A stretch of DNA of 64,000 bases, from contig NC_086108.1 of assembly GCF_963921235.1 (NCBI RefSeq), positions 65,722,001 through 65,786,000 of the forward strand. Reading direction: 5' to 3'. The position numbers and the translations under genes were made by a program. Source of the stretch: Mobula hypostoma. Lineage: Eukaryota. Under the pieces are notes generated by a model that saw only the letters and a program-made list of their open reading frames with translations, was not told where the DNA came from and searched no databases. Each line of letters starts with the position of its first letter. Positions within the stretch are counted from its first letter, which is position 1. Of this stretch, positions 53,282-64,000 are shown in pieces.

Positions 53282-53710
53282 CTGGTGTAGCCATTAGAAC
53301 AAGAAAGGGACATTAGTGATGAGAATCCGGAATCTTATTTATTAAACGTCGACAATCATTTAAAAGAACATGTTCCGAGTAAATAAAATCTAATCGCACA
53401 GGTTATTATTTCTTGTATCGATCAACATAATCATGAATAGCGTACATCTGACAGTAAAGATTCGGTGACAAAATTACCACGTCTAAAGCAGTCCTTATTG
53501 AATGATCATTACAACGAATAGCATTTTATAAATCACAGTTTGCATTAACTCAATTTATCATCATTTGCTAATCGGAAAGCAATTTTGAACGCGGGTCACA
53601 TCAATTTGCAATTCAATTGTTGTCATGTACTTGTTAAGCTCCACGATCTTAAAAAAAACTTAGAAAAAATGGGGTTTTCGGATCTAACCAGCTTCCACAA
53701 CGAGACTGAC

Positions 53711-54168
53711 CTGCTTAGAAGAGGCAGGGTCTGATACTGGGACGTGCTGTTGTACAGCATCGCTCTGGCTGCAGGCAGAGTGAGGTGAGCTGCCGTTAAC
53801 TGGACCATCCGATTCTCACTGACTGGGCTCTGAAGAGTCAGAGGCACCGGGGGTCTTGACAACTCGGTGGTCGGCACTAAATGAGTAAACGTGCCTTTCT
53901 GATCACTCTCATTTATAGGCTGGACCCCTCTTTGCATCAGGTTTATGACGGGCACTTCCGATAGGGGATCAGGGGAGTCGTGCCTTGTTTCCTTGGAAAC
54001 CCCATCACTTGACGCAGTTCGCTGCTCAGCTTGGACCCGGTGTCCTTCAGTGGATTGGTCTGCAGGCTCGCTCGTGTTTTCCGGTGCCTGGCTGGGGGAA
54101 TCTTTCTGAACGGGGCTCAGGTCATCGCTGTCATTTTCACCATGATCCAGTCCGACCTTTTCCATCAT
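53711..54168 (-). CDS. TAL1: TAL1/SCL first coding exon
   Basis: MMEK start, EVPVINL, VPTTELSRPP, RMVQL, ARAMLY. Donor AG|GTCAGT at 53711/53710, phase 2. Exon acceptor TGTTTCTTTCAG| at 54247/54246. 458+80+422 = 960 nt, i.e. 319 aa plus stop. Confidence 0.93.
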
Positions 54169-54762
54169 CGTGTTGAACAGCGGAAATCGTCAATGTCTGA
54201 GCTGAGTTCGCGTCAAAGGTTGGAAGAAATGCCGAAGCAACTTCATCTGAAAGAAACATTGCCGTAAGACACAGGGGGAAACAGCAATCGCGAAAAAGGC
54301 GACCTCAATTATTTTTTTTGCACAATAAAGTAAACGCTCTGGCGACTTCGCCAGTACATTTACTGACTTTATAGTCCAACGATCTTTAGGCGCATTAAAT
54401 GGGAGTAACTACGAATATTATCACCAGCTGTACAAAATATCAAAGCCGCTGAAAATGATTTAAGCGTTCTTGAGGTTACAAATATTGATCTGAAGCTAAA
54501 TATTCAACACAAGCGAATGCAATATACAAATTAACAGTTGCAATTTGCTTTAAAGGGGGAAAAAAGAAGTCAAGTTTCCGTCCGCTATGCGCATCAAAAC
54601 TGAATGTAAATATAAACTTGGTCATTTCGCCAAGGTGAAAATGTGAAGCGATGCGAACTATTCGTGTGCATTTGCTTCAATCGAATTAAATAAGAAACTG
54701 CTGTATTCTCCCATTTATAAAACGCATTATATTTCATTACACACCCAAAGTCAAACACTCAC

Positions 54763-54854
54763 GTTGAGTTATAGGCTACTGGGAGTTATATTCGTTTCTT
54801 GCACTAAAGTCGATAGAGACTATCCAGCACCTGCAGCATTCACGTTCTTTTAAT
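54763..54854 (-). other. TAL1: Possible additional non-coding TAL1 5' exon
   Basis: Acceptor CTTTTATTTTCTATGAAG| and donor AAC|GTGAGT; splice signals only. Confidence 0.3.
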
Positions 54855-56281
54855 CTTCATAGAAAATAAAAGCTCCTTAGACGGATTGAGCTTTTCACAG
54901 TTTATGGAAAATCAACCGAGATACGTAAACAGTTGATCAATTAAAGATTAGGTTTAAATAGTCCCTGAATTCTAAACATGCAGGACACGTTGTAATCTTT
55001 TCAAAATTAATTGTATACGAGCTCAGAAATATATATGTAATTGTACCCTAAGACCGAACTACTCCACTGTCCAAGGTATTTAAAAGGAGATTAGGATGGC
55101 AATTCCGGTTGTAACTGGCACACTTCATGCCATCAGAAAAAGAAACATTCCCTAGAAAGAAAACTGGAAGACAATACTAGCTACAATTATATAATTTACA
55201 TATATTATATAATAAAATGTGGAGTTTGGTGTAAGGTAACACGAATACGCCCAGCAAAGGAAACACTTCCATCACGTATTTGTTTCGATTTAAAAAAAAC
55301 ATCTTAGAAATATGCGGTGAGCTAACTTCTGTCCCATTAAAATGACATCCAGTCTGACGGTGCCGCATTTAGCAGTTCCGGGCTATGTGTGTATGCCCAA
55401 CATGAGGCCTCAACGGAATGGAAAGGACAAAATAAACATACGAGCACAATGGGACGAAATGAGTATTTCAGGGGAGCCGGTACTTGTTACCAATATCGAT
55501 GTTATGATCACAATATTTTACTGCATCTAAATAGGTTTGTTCATCTGAAGTGAACACCCAATATTGGGAAAAGTCCAAGCTAAGACAATAATCTATATTT
55601 ATTGAAACTTTATTTTGTACTGAGTTGTGGCGAGGATGGAACAGGAATAAATCACCTTTAAGATTTCATAACGCTATTCATTAAAAATACCCCCAATCTA
55701 ATTAAATGTATGATAGTCTGAATCCCCATCAGTTCTCAGAGCGAATTCATAAATAGTGGGCAATTTGTTTATACATTCCTGGAACGAATCCTAGCGAAAA
55801 CAATCGTCGTATGAGCCAGATAAATGTTTATAAATGCCGTTGTTTTTCTCTCTTTCTTCTGGCACTTAATTACTGTTGGGATGAACGGTGAAAACCTTCA
55901 GATGATCAAAACGGCAATTATGAGAAACTGTTGGATCATAATGCTAAAGAGGCTTCATCTATTTCTGTTACTGCACTACTTTTCCATTAGAAAAATCATC
56001 TCTATTTACACAAATCAAATTAAAATATCATTAAAGATTTCATTATACATAATCCATTAGGCAATTAAAAATGTCCCAAGAAAGACTCCGCACTCCTGGG
56101 ATTATTGCAAACAATGCTTGCAGCCATTTCTATTTTTGATTATTTATTTCGTTGCAATTTTAAAAAGTACTTTTATGTCGCAATTATTTACGTTCCATTC
56201 GAAATTAGTTATAATTCGTCATCTTAAAGTGTTGAAGAATAAAACGCGCCCTTAAGAGCCGACAATTAGATAGATACTCAC

Positions 56282-56425
56282 CATCCTCGCTTATTAGAAA
56301 AGCGTTAGCAGCCATTTTCAGCCCCCTCCATGGCTGATCTTTGTGCTGTATTAAGTTTTTTTGGCAGCTTATGCTTGGAGAGTGGAGTAGATTTTACATC
56401 ACGTTCGATTTCCTATTTAGTATGG
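56282..56425 (-). other. TAL1: TAL1 non-coding exon 1a (predicted)
   Basis: Strong donor ATG|GTGAGT at 56282/56281. TSS inferred ~35 nt downstream of the proximal GATA site. Confidence 0.65.
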
Positions 56426-56454
56426 AGAGCGGAACACTACAGCAATGTGGCCAG

Positions 56455-56535
56455 GCGAGATAAGAAACCAGCCCAGGCCGCCCTGCCCAGATAAGACAGC
56501 CAAGCCATTATTTATGAAATGATTCATTATTATTT
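56455..56535 (-). promoter_or_regulatory. TAL1: TAL1/SCL promoter 1a
   Basis: AGATAA at 56458-56463 and 56489-56494, GC box (GGGCAGGGCGG on minus) between them, and AP-1-like AATGAATCATT with core 56520-56526. Same order as the known vertebrate SCL promoter 1a. Confidence 0.85.
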
Positions 56536-59500
56536 GGCAATTTTATCGAGGGAAAGCGGAAAAATATTGCATGGATATGCATAGGAATAACTTTGGAACG
56601 CAAGGCATAACAACCTTATATAGATTTTTTTTTGTGGCACTAAAAGAGATTGCAGAATAGCAAAATACTCTTGCCTGCCTACCTGAATTGTAATTTATAT
56701 ATGTTTTCTTTGTGGTAATTATCCCATGTTTTCATTAAACTGGAAACACCTACTCAGCCTTTAATTAATTTTAATGACGAATTCAAAGCGTCCACGGGAC
56801 TGTTCTTTCCCCTTTCTATATCTCTCTCTCCGTGATGGAACCAAACAAAGCCGCTGTTAAGGAAGGACATTGGGTAAAATAGTTTCCCATGTTTCCTCGC
56901 CATTTGGAAAATATAGACATTTCCTAGACAGGCATTTTACCATGAGCGGTGTTGAAGGCCGGTATATTTTAAGACTTAAGAGAAATGATTCCCTATCAGA
57001 GATGTGATTACACTGCGATAGGCTAGGACAAATTTAACATTAAGACCAGGAGTGAAAATACTTTATCAAAACCTTAAAGATCACTACAAAGGCAGATTGC
57101 TTGATTCTGTTTTAATTACCCGGAATGGCTTTTTGGGGTTAAAATCGTTTATTTCAAAAATGGCAGTTTAAAAAAAATAATCGGAATGAAGCATTCTTAA
57201 ATGTATTCTGTCAATTATTTTTATTGTACACTTGATTACTGAACACAATTAAGCATGCGATATCAATTAATTATCAAAGCGTAAATTATATAGAATTGAA
57301 AGATAAATTTCACATTAGAAACGTAAAGCTTTGAATATAGTGCTGAGATGAAATAATTTTCTGAAAGTTGTCAAAGCTGTTTAAGTTAAAGGCGGCCACC
57401 ATTAGCTTCTAATAATTGGATTTGATGGACGCCTTCATCCAATAATAGGTTAATGGCAAGTCGAGTTTGTAACACAAGTAATCTTTAAAAAAAAGGTTGG
57501 ATCCGATCTGAACTGGTAAGATTACCTTGATTTATAGAATATTTTTAATGTGTAATTAAGTTGCTACACCAATAATTTATATGGTTGCTAAGGCCAACAC
57601 GGCAATTTTAACGATGCCCCAATGAAAAGTAACCCGTTTTTTTGCTGCACTATTATGAGCACAGCCAGCATGAACTTGTAAGTATTTTTTAATCTGTAGG
57701 ACACGTCGTGCCCATACATTTCTTTATCCAATTTCGAGTCCATTTATTTACTTGTTATAAATATTAATGAGTATATGGTAACTTGGATCTTCTAACAAAT
57801 TAATGTCCTAACTATTTATTGGAGATTGAAACCTTAGTTTAAAAGAGCCAGGTTCAGCGGCCTGTCTGCTAACATCTGGCATCAAGATCCTAAAAGTAAA
57901 TGAAACCGCGAACACTTTACCCCCCCCCCCACCCTCATCCCTCCACTCCCAAGCCAGAGATCCGCGTCGCCATATCGCGCTCCATGACTGATGTAGCCTA
58001 CATAGGAAATTTCATGTTGGTTTATCTGTACATTCATATTTTCTGCGTGGGCAACTGCAGCAAAATACAAAATAAAATAGATAGCTGTAAATACAGCTAC
58101 AGCTTAGCGGGGCTTGTTCCAAAAAGTAATGAATAACTATGAGGTGTAACTGTCTTGAATATCTGGCAGGGTTACCTTATCGCGAATAGCTGTATTTGTA
58201 ATACCGATGATGCCCATAAGAACTGGGACTAGAGTTATAAATACCATTGAAAACGGGCTTTATTAGGACTGAGAAGGTTTATGTTGGTCCTGTTCTTATT
58301 TTTTGCTCTCTGATAAATTGTTGAACTGATTAACTTTGAGAAATATTTAAGAGTCTGACACAAAAGTGACCAATACTTATGAAAAATAAAATTGCCTATC
58401 ATTAAGACATGAAAACATTGCGTTGCTATCAAATGCTGTAAATTACCATTTTTGCAGAATAACTAAATATTTTCAATCAATTTACTGAAAGAGTGTAAAG
58501 TCTATTGTGTTTTCCATGAAGTAAGTTGAAATTAATCGTGAAGATCAATGATTGTGTCTCTAGAATTTGTATTATATTGACAATGGCGTAGAGGAGAATT
58601 TCTTATTATTTGTATTTATAATTCTCCATTCCACTTGTCGGATTCAGTAATCTAATTGGAAGCCAACCCTTTGCACGGGCAGTTACAGTCATTTCGATAC
58701 AGAATCATTCTGCTGGCTTTTGGGAGATTGCACAGTAAAAATGTTTCACGCATTCCAAGAAACGGATTGGCTCTACGCTCAGCGTTTGCTCTCTGTGCTA
58801 GATAGGAATATAGATAAAGTATTTAGTTGGTTGTATCTTCTAAAAATGTGTTATTAATTTCGCGGTATACGGCACGAACAAACTGACATTATTACCCCAC
58901 AGAAAGAACAGTTGTTCTACACTCCAGGAGAAAACGGAGATCGACATTGTAATTCTCTGTCTAAACAATGGGATGGATCCCTCAAAGTAGCTTAGCCGTC
59001 TTTAAGAAATAAAGGCGTTTATAAAGTGTTTCTTCCACCACGAACCCGACCCTAGAGGAGCTTGTATTGAATAAGTCCAATCATTTTAAACCGCTGTTTG
59101 ACTAATATTGGTTTTTCGCGATGTGGGTATCTTTGCAAAGGTTAGTAATGATGACCCATGTCTAATTGTTCTTGGTAAGATGATGGTAGCCGCCTTCTGA
59201 AGCCACTGCAGTTCTTTCAGTTTAACGTACCTTCACGAAGCTGTTGTGGAGATCCAGGAGACAAGACCATAAAGCTAAAAGATATAGGAGCACAATTAGG
59301 CCGTTCGGCCCATCGAGTCTATGGCTACAGCTGCTCAGACAAATTGGCTGGGGAATAGCAATCCAGGTTAGAATTAGGATTTGCAGTCCAGAAAAGAATA
59401 TTTCCAGGTTAGAATGGAAGTCTGCTGGTGTTCCTTGTAGCTGCTACCATTGCTCCTTCTGGTAGAGGACATCGAAGTTTAGGGTGAAGGTGTAGGAGTA

Positions 59501-60700
59501 GCTAAGTGAATAATTGTGGTATATTTTGGAAATGCACATTTCTCTGCCAGCATGGTCAGTTAAGTATTTAAATTGCTTTGGATTGTAAACAAATAGGTGG
59601 CAGTAACTTGAGTTGTGTTGGGATTCCTCAGTGTTTGTTGAAGTGCACTCATTCAGGAAAGTGGATTTCCTACGTAGAGCTGGTGCTCCATCACACTCCT
59701 GACTTAAGCCTTATAGATACTGGAAATGCATTGGGGTGTGAGGAGATGAATCACTCACTCCAATATACCCGCCTCGAACCACCTCTTGTTGCTAAAGCCT
59801 TTATGTAGTTCAGTTTTACAGTCATGGAGTAATTCAGCTTGGAAATAGACCCTTTAGCCTTTAGCCCAACTTGCCCATGCTGACTATAGTGCTCAATAAG
59901 CTAGTCCCATTTGCCCTCCTCTGGAACTGCTTGGCCAGAGATGTGGCTAGTTTTGAAGCACCAGCCATCAATGCCATAGACTGGATATCATCTAATTCCC
60001 TCTGTTATGTTCAATCCATCACTCTCAAACTTTATCTATAACCAATGAAAATCTTTGGAAGAAACTGCAATGGGTCTTCCATTCACTGAACATGGTTGCA
60101 AATTCTTCATCCTTTTCTTCAGCACACACATGCTGGGCTCTGCAGTAGCTTGGATTGTCAATGCTCTTGGATCCATCTCCTCTTCCCTTTAGCTGATTCA
60201 TTTTCCATCACAGTTCATGACTGATGTGGCAGCTTTATCTCATTCATTAATTGTGTGAATGCTTGGTTCTGTCTATTGCATGGTGCGTTTACTCTTTATC
60301 ATAGAAATAGTTCTGCATTGTTATCTCATAAGATTGACTCTCCATTTTTACAAAACCCTGATGCTGCTCCAAGTATGTTCTTTCACCCTCCTCATTGAAC
60401 CAGATGGGTTTTGGCTTGCTAGAAATGGCAATGTGAAGGCTATTCCAGGCCATCAGGTGGTCTACATTTTTGCTGCTGCAGATAGTCAACACCTCCTTAA
60501 GGTGCTAGGAAATCAGTTGTGAATGGTTCCCAATTACCATATTAGTTCATACAACACAATGGAGTTAGTGTAATGCTGAGACTTGTGCTGCAATGGAATG
60601 AATATCTTTGCCACCTCACAGGACTGTGGCCCATTCTATTTGTATTACTTTCAAAGCTGAACTTTAACATCTCAGTCATAATCACAAGTAATTTTATTTG

Positions 60701-60869
60701 AAGAGGTGCAGTCGACGTTTCAGGCCGAGACCCTTCATCCTGATGAAGGGTCTCGGCCTGAAACGTTGACTGCACCTCTTCCTAGAGATGCTGCCTGGCC
60801 TGCTGCGTTCACCAGCAACTTTTATGTGTGTTGCTTGAATTTCCAGCATCTGCAGAATTCCTGTTGTTT
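60701..60869. mobile_element. Young Penelope-derived fold-back element with hammerhead core
   Basis: 40-bp inverted arms at 60700-60739 and 60742-60781; CTGATGA at 60740-60746, then GAAACGTT. TSD TAATTTTATTTG at 60689-60700 and 60870-60881. Confidence 0.88.
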
Positions 60870-61449
60870 TAATTTTATTTGAGCTCTGTTACATGATTAT
60901 CCTGTATCCTTCAATATGTTTGTCTTTTTTTGTCTCCACAAAAAGATATATTTTATCAATATCTCATGTAGCCTGCCAAGTAGGGAGGAAATGCTAAACC
61001 ATAATATTACTTACTGAGTCATAAATGAATTGGCAAATATACAACAATCTGTGATGGAAGGCAAACCATGTTTGATTAGCTTAGGCAATGGACTGGCTAA
61101 AAATGGATATTTCTACCAACATGTGCATAACAAGACTTGAAGTGGCATATTGGTGCAATATGGCAGGATTGCTGATTTATCAAAAGTACCAATATTAGGA
61201 AGTAGTGATAAACCCTGAAGCCGTCTGGTCCACTTATGTGACCACCTGGTCACCTGGCACTAATGTAAAAGATAGCAGAAATCTGCTGAGGGCCCAGCAG
61301 GCACAGAGTCTTCAACCATCAAAGCACTTAACTGGTAAGGTCATCATTTATGCCTATTAGATTTTGAATAAAGTGAAACCATATAGGCTAAAATACTCAA
61401 AATAAATTCAATGAATAAAGTAATTTTTTGTTGAGTACTTTGGAATATT

Positions 61450-61820
61450 TGAAGAACATAGAAAGCATGCTTGTTAATGTAAGTACCTAACCTACCAATC
61501 ATGTGGTAGCACTCCAATGCATAAAAGCATGCAGGCATAGTCACAAAGTTCAGTTGTAGTTCAGACCAAGCATCAGAATGGATGTGATCATGACTTTGAC
61601 CATAGAATATTATTGGTGCAAGACAGTGATTTGAGTATCTCAGAAACTGTTGACTCACTGGGATGTCCATGAACCACAGTGTCCAGAATTTGCCGAGAAT
61701 GGCACGAAAAGAAAAATAAATCATCCACTGAGCAGCAGTTCTGTGGGTGAAAATACATTGTTAATGAGGTAAGTCAGAGAAGAATGATTAGACTGTTTCA
61801 AGCTAACAGGAGGGTGACCA
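61450..61820 (+). mobile_element. Tc1-like transposon 5' remnant (HTH region)
   Basis: 'gatttgagtatctcagaaactgttgactcactgggatg' encodes LSISETVDSLG, related to the 13391-13825 arms. Confidence 0.7.
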
Positions 61821-64000
61821 TGTAGGATAACATAATTGTGAGAAATGTACATAACTCACACCACAGACATTGAGTTGGGGTTTTGCTTTAAGGGGCTTGT
61901 TTGACATAATTACATTTTTACATAAAAAAGTTTTTTAGCGTGGTTTTCTCTCCCTCAGTAAGCCTGGTCAACAAGGCCCCTAACACAAGGATGCCCATGG
62001 CTGTGAAACAGACATCGGTGGACCTGTACTTCTACCGTGCTGACTTTGGTAGGAATGCTGGGAAGTGCTGACTGCCATGCAGCTTTAACAGCGCCAGTGC
62101 ATCGGGACCTCAGAGGTCTGTGAACTCCATGGGTTCCAGCTGCCAGGGTCATCTACTGTTCATTATGGACACCCTTTTAGGGCGATGTTTCCTGTGTGAC
62201 TTGGGTGCTCAAGTGAGTGTTGCCTATTGATGAAAAGGCAAAGAGTGACGAAACCTCACTGGAAACTGTCAACGGCAGTAAGATCCAGACTTATGGGGCA
62301 CAACAGGTGAATTTCTGCTTCAGTGGACAACGCTATACGTTGGGCCTCATCTGGCTAAAGTGCCTAGTCCTCTGCTCGGTGCAGATTTCTGTGTGTCCAA
62401 GGACTATGAGTCGATCTTAAGAACTGCTGGCTTGTGGTTGTCAAGGACTTTGGGTTGTTACCCTGCTCCCCCAGTAAGCTCCCCACAACAACTCTGTCAA
62501 GCACATGAGAGCTTACTCGACCGCTGGGTGAATTCCCAGACCTCACCAAGCCCATATTCCCCACTATAGTTGCAAAACATGGGGTTCAACACCACATTTC
62601 CACAACTGTCCCACTAGTTCATATATGCATGTTTAGACTAGACCCAGAAAATCTGGCAACTGTGAAGGCTGAGTTACCAACATGTAAAGACTTGGCATTG
62701 TATGCCAGTCGAATAGCCCCTGGGCTTCACCCCTCCATATGGTTCCTAAGTCTGATGGTGGTTGCTGCCCTTGTGGTGATTACCGATGCCTTAATGAGAC
62801 CACTACCTTGGAGATTGTCACCCAGTCCTACTCATTCAAGACCTTTCGGCACGTATGATGGAAAGTCAATTTTTTTCAAAGTCAATCCAGTTAGGGGCTA
62901 CTATTGGGTGCCTGTCTGTTCAAAGGATATTCCCAAAACAGCTGTGATAACCCCATTTGGCCTTTTTGAGTTTCTGTGTATGCTGTTTGGATTGAAAATT
63001 GCAGCACAGACTTTCCAATGGCTGATGAACTCTGTATATAAGACAGATTTTCTTTTTGTTTACCTGGATGACATACTTGTCGCCAGTGCGTCTAAATCCG
63101 AACACGTATCTCATCTCCATGCACTTTTCCAACACTTAAGCCGACACGGGTTGATTATTAACCCTGCTAAATGCCAGTTTGGGTTGTCAACCATTGACTT
63201 TCTCAGCTATCACATTTCTGCAGAAGGTGCAAAGCCCCTCCCGTCAAAGATAGCTTTCCCGTCACCCCATACTCCTAAAAAAACTACAGGAGTTTTTAGG
63301 CATAGTGAATTTCTATTACTGCTTCATTCCATGAGCAGCTGAACCTATGCTGCCCCTGTAGAGTGTACTAATCAAGTGTTTGACTGGTCAGGGGATATAA
63401 CCCAGGCATTTGATGATACCAAGCGAGTTCTTTCTAACGCGACCCTAATGGCATATCAACTCCCCAATGCATCCATAGCCATCATAACTGAAGCCTCAGA
63501 CTATGCTACGGGTGCTGTGCATGAGCGGCTAGTCAGAGGTGTGTGGCAACTGCTCACCTTCTTCAGTCAGCAGCTCTGTCTACCCAAAAGGAAGTACAGC
63601 ATGTTTGACCATGAGCTTCTCGGTCTCTTATCTGGCTGTCTGCTATTTTCATTTTCTTCCAGAGGGTCACCATTTCACAGTGTTCATTGACTACAAAACC
63701 CCTCGTGCACGTGATGGCCAAATTAGTAGACCCTTGGTCTGCATGGCAGCAATGCCACCTGGCCAATTTAACAATGGATGTACAACATATCAAGGGTAAA
63801 AATAATACCATGGCCAGTTGCTTCTCACAGCCAGCCACTGAGACTGTATACATAAGGGTTGACTATGCCGACATGGCAGCTGACCAAGTTCCTGACCCAG
63901 AGGTCCTGTCTTACTGAACAGCAGACATGAGCATGCAATTGGCTGACATTAAGTTTGGGAAGCTGGGGTTTCCCTCCTGTGTGATTTCTCGCCTTCCTCC
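61821..64000 (+). mobile_element. Gypsy/Ty3 LTR retrotransposon remnant (protease, RT, RNase H), running off the window end
   Basis: FLCDLGAQVSV (protease), DIPKTAVITPFGLFEF...FVYLDDILVAS (RT), TEASDYATGAV...RKYSMFDHELL (RNase H). Frameshifted and gag largely deleted; possible LTR remnant starting TG at 61821. Confidence 0.9.

Noticed and set aside
53623..53710. C-terminal tail SVSLWKLV... of the 181-aa ORF
   Set aside because: Intron sequence after the GTCAGT donor.
52289..54168. Alternative identity as LYL1 or TAL2
   Set aside because: [25 protein letters not shown], the three-exon CDS and the promoter 1a motifs all indicate TAL1.
62629..63342. 237-aa ORF as a host gene or active retroelement
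   Set aside because: Frameshifted Gypsy RT with a broken first catalytic motif; dead copy.

Overview
This is vertebrate genomic DNA. The repeat inventory (CR1 LINEs, Rex1-type LINEs, HE1/V-SINE-like SINEs, Penelope remnants) suggests a cartilaginous fish, probably a ray or shark (inference). The window holds the TAL1/SCL locus on the minus strand. Three coding exons (54168-53711, 53281-53202, 52710-52289) give ~319 aa with a textbook bHLH. A GATA/GC-box/GATA/AP-1 promoter 1a lies at ~56.45-56.53 kb, inside a ~9 kb CpG-rich island with no recognisable transposons. About 45 kb downstream, same strand, is a signal-peptide first exon (7764-7701) fitting the syntenic neighbour PDZK1IP1/MAP17. The rest is mostly nested, dead mobile elements. 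Main observations: (1) short Penelope-derived fold-back elements with 12-13 bp target-site duplications carrying minimal type-I hammerhead ribozyme motifs, one intact at 41310-41347 (minus); (2) the expected TAL1 middle-exon acceptor reads AA instead of AG, with an in-frame AG 12 nt downstream; (3) a uORF-rich TAL1 leader; (4) candidate enhancers and a CTCF site between TAL1 and PDZK1IP1; (5) a fold-back MITE built from a Tc1 transposase fragment. All calls were made by eye with no database search, and repeat boundaries are approximate unless a TSD/TIR is quoted.
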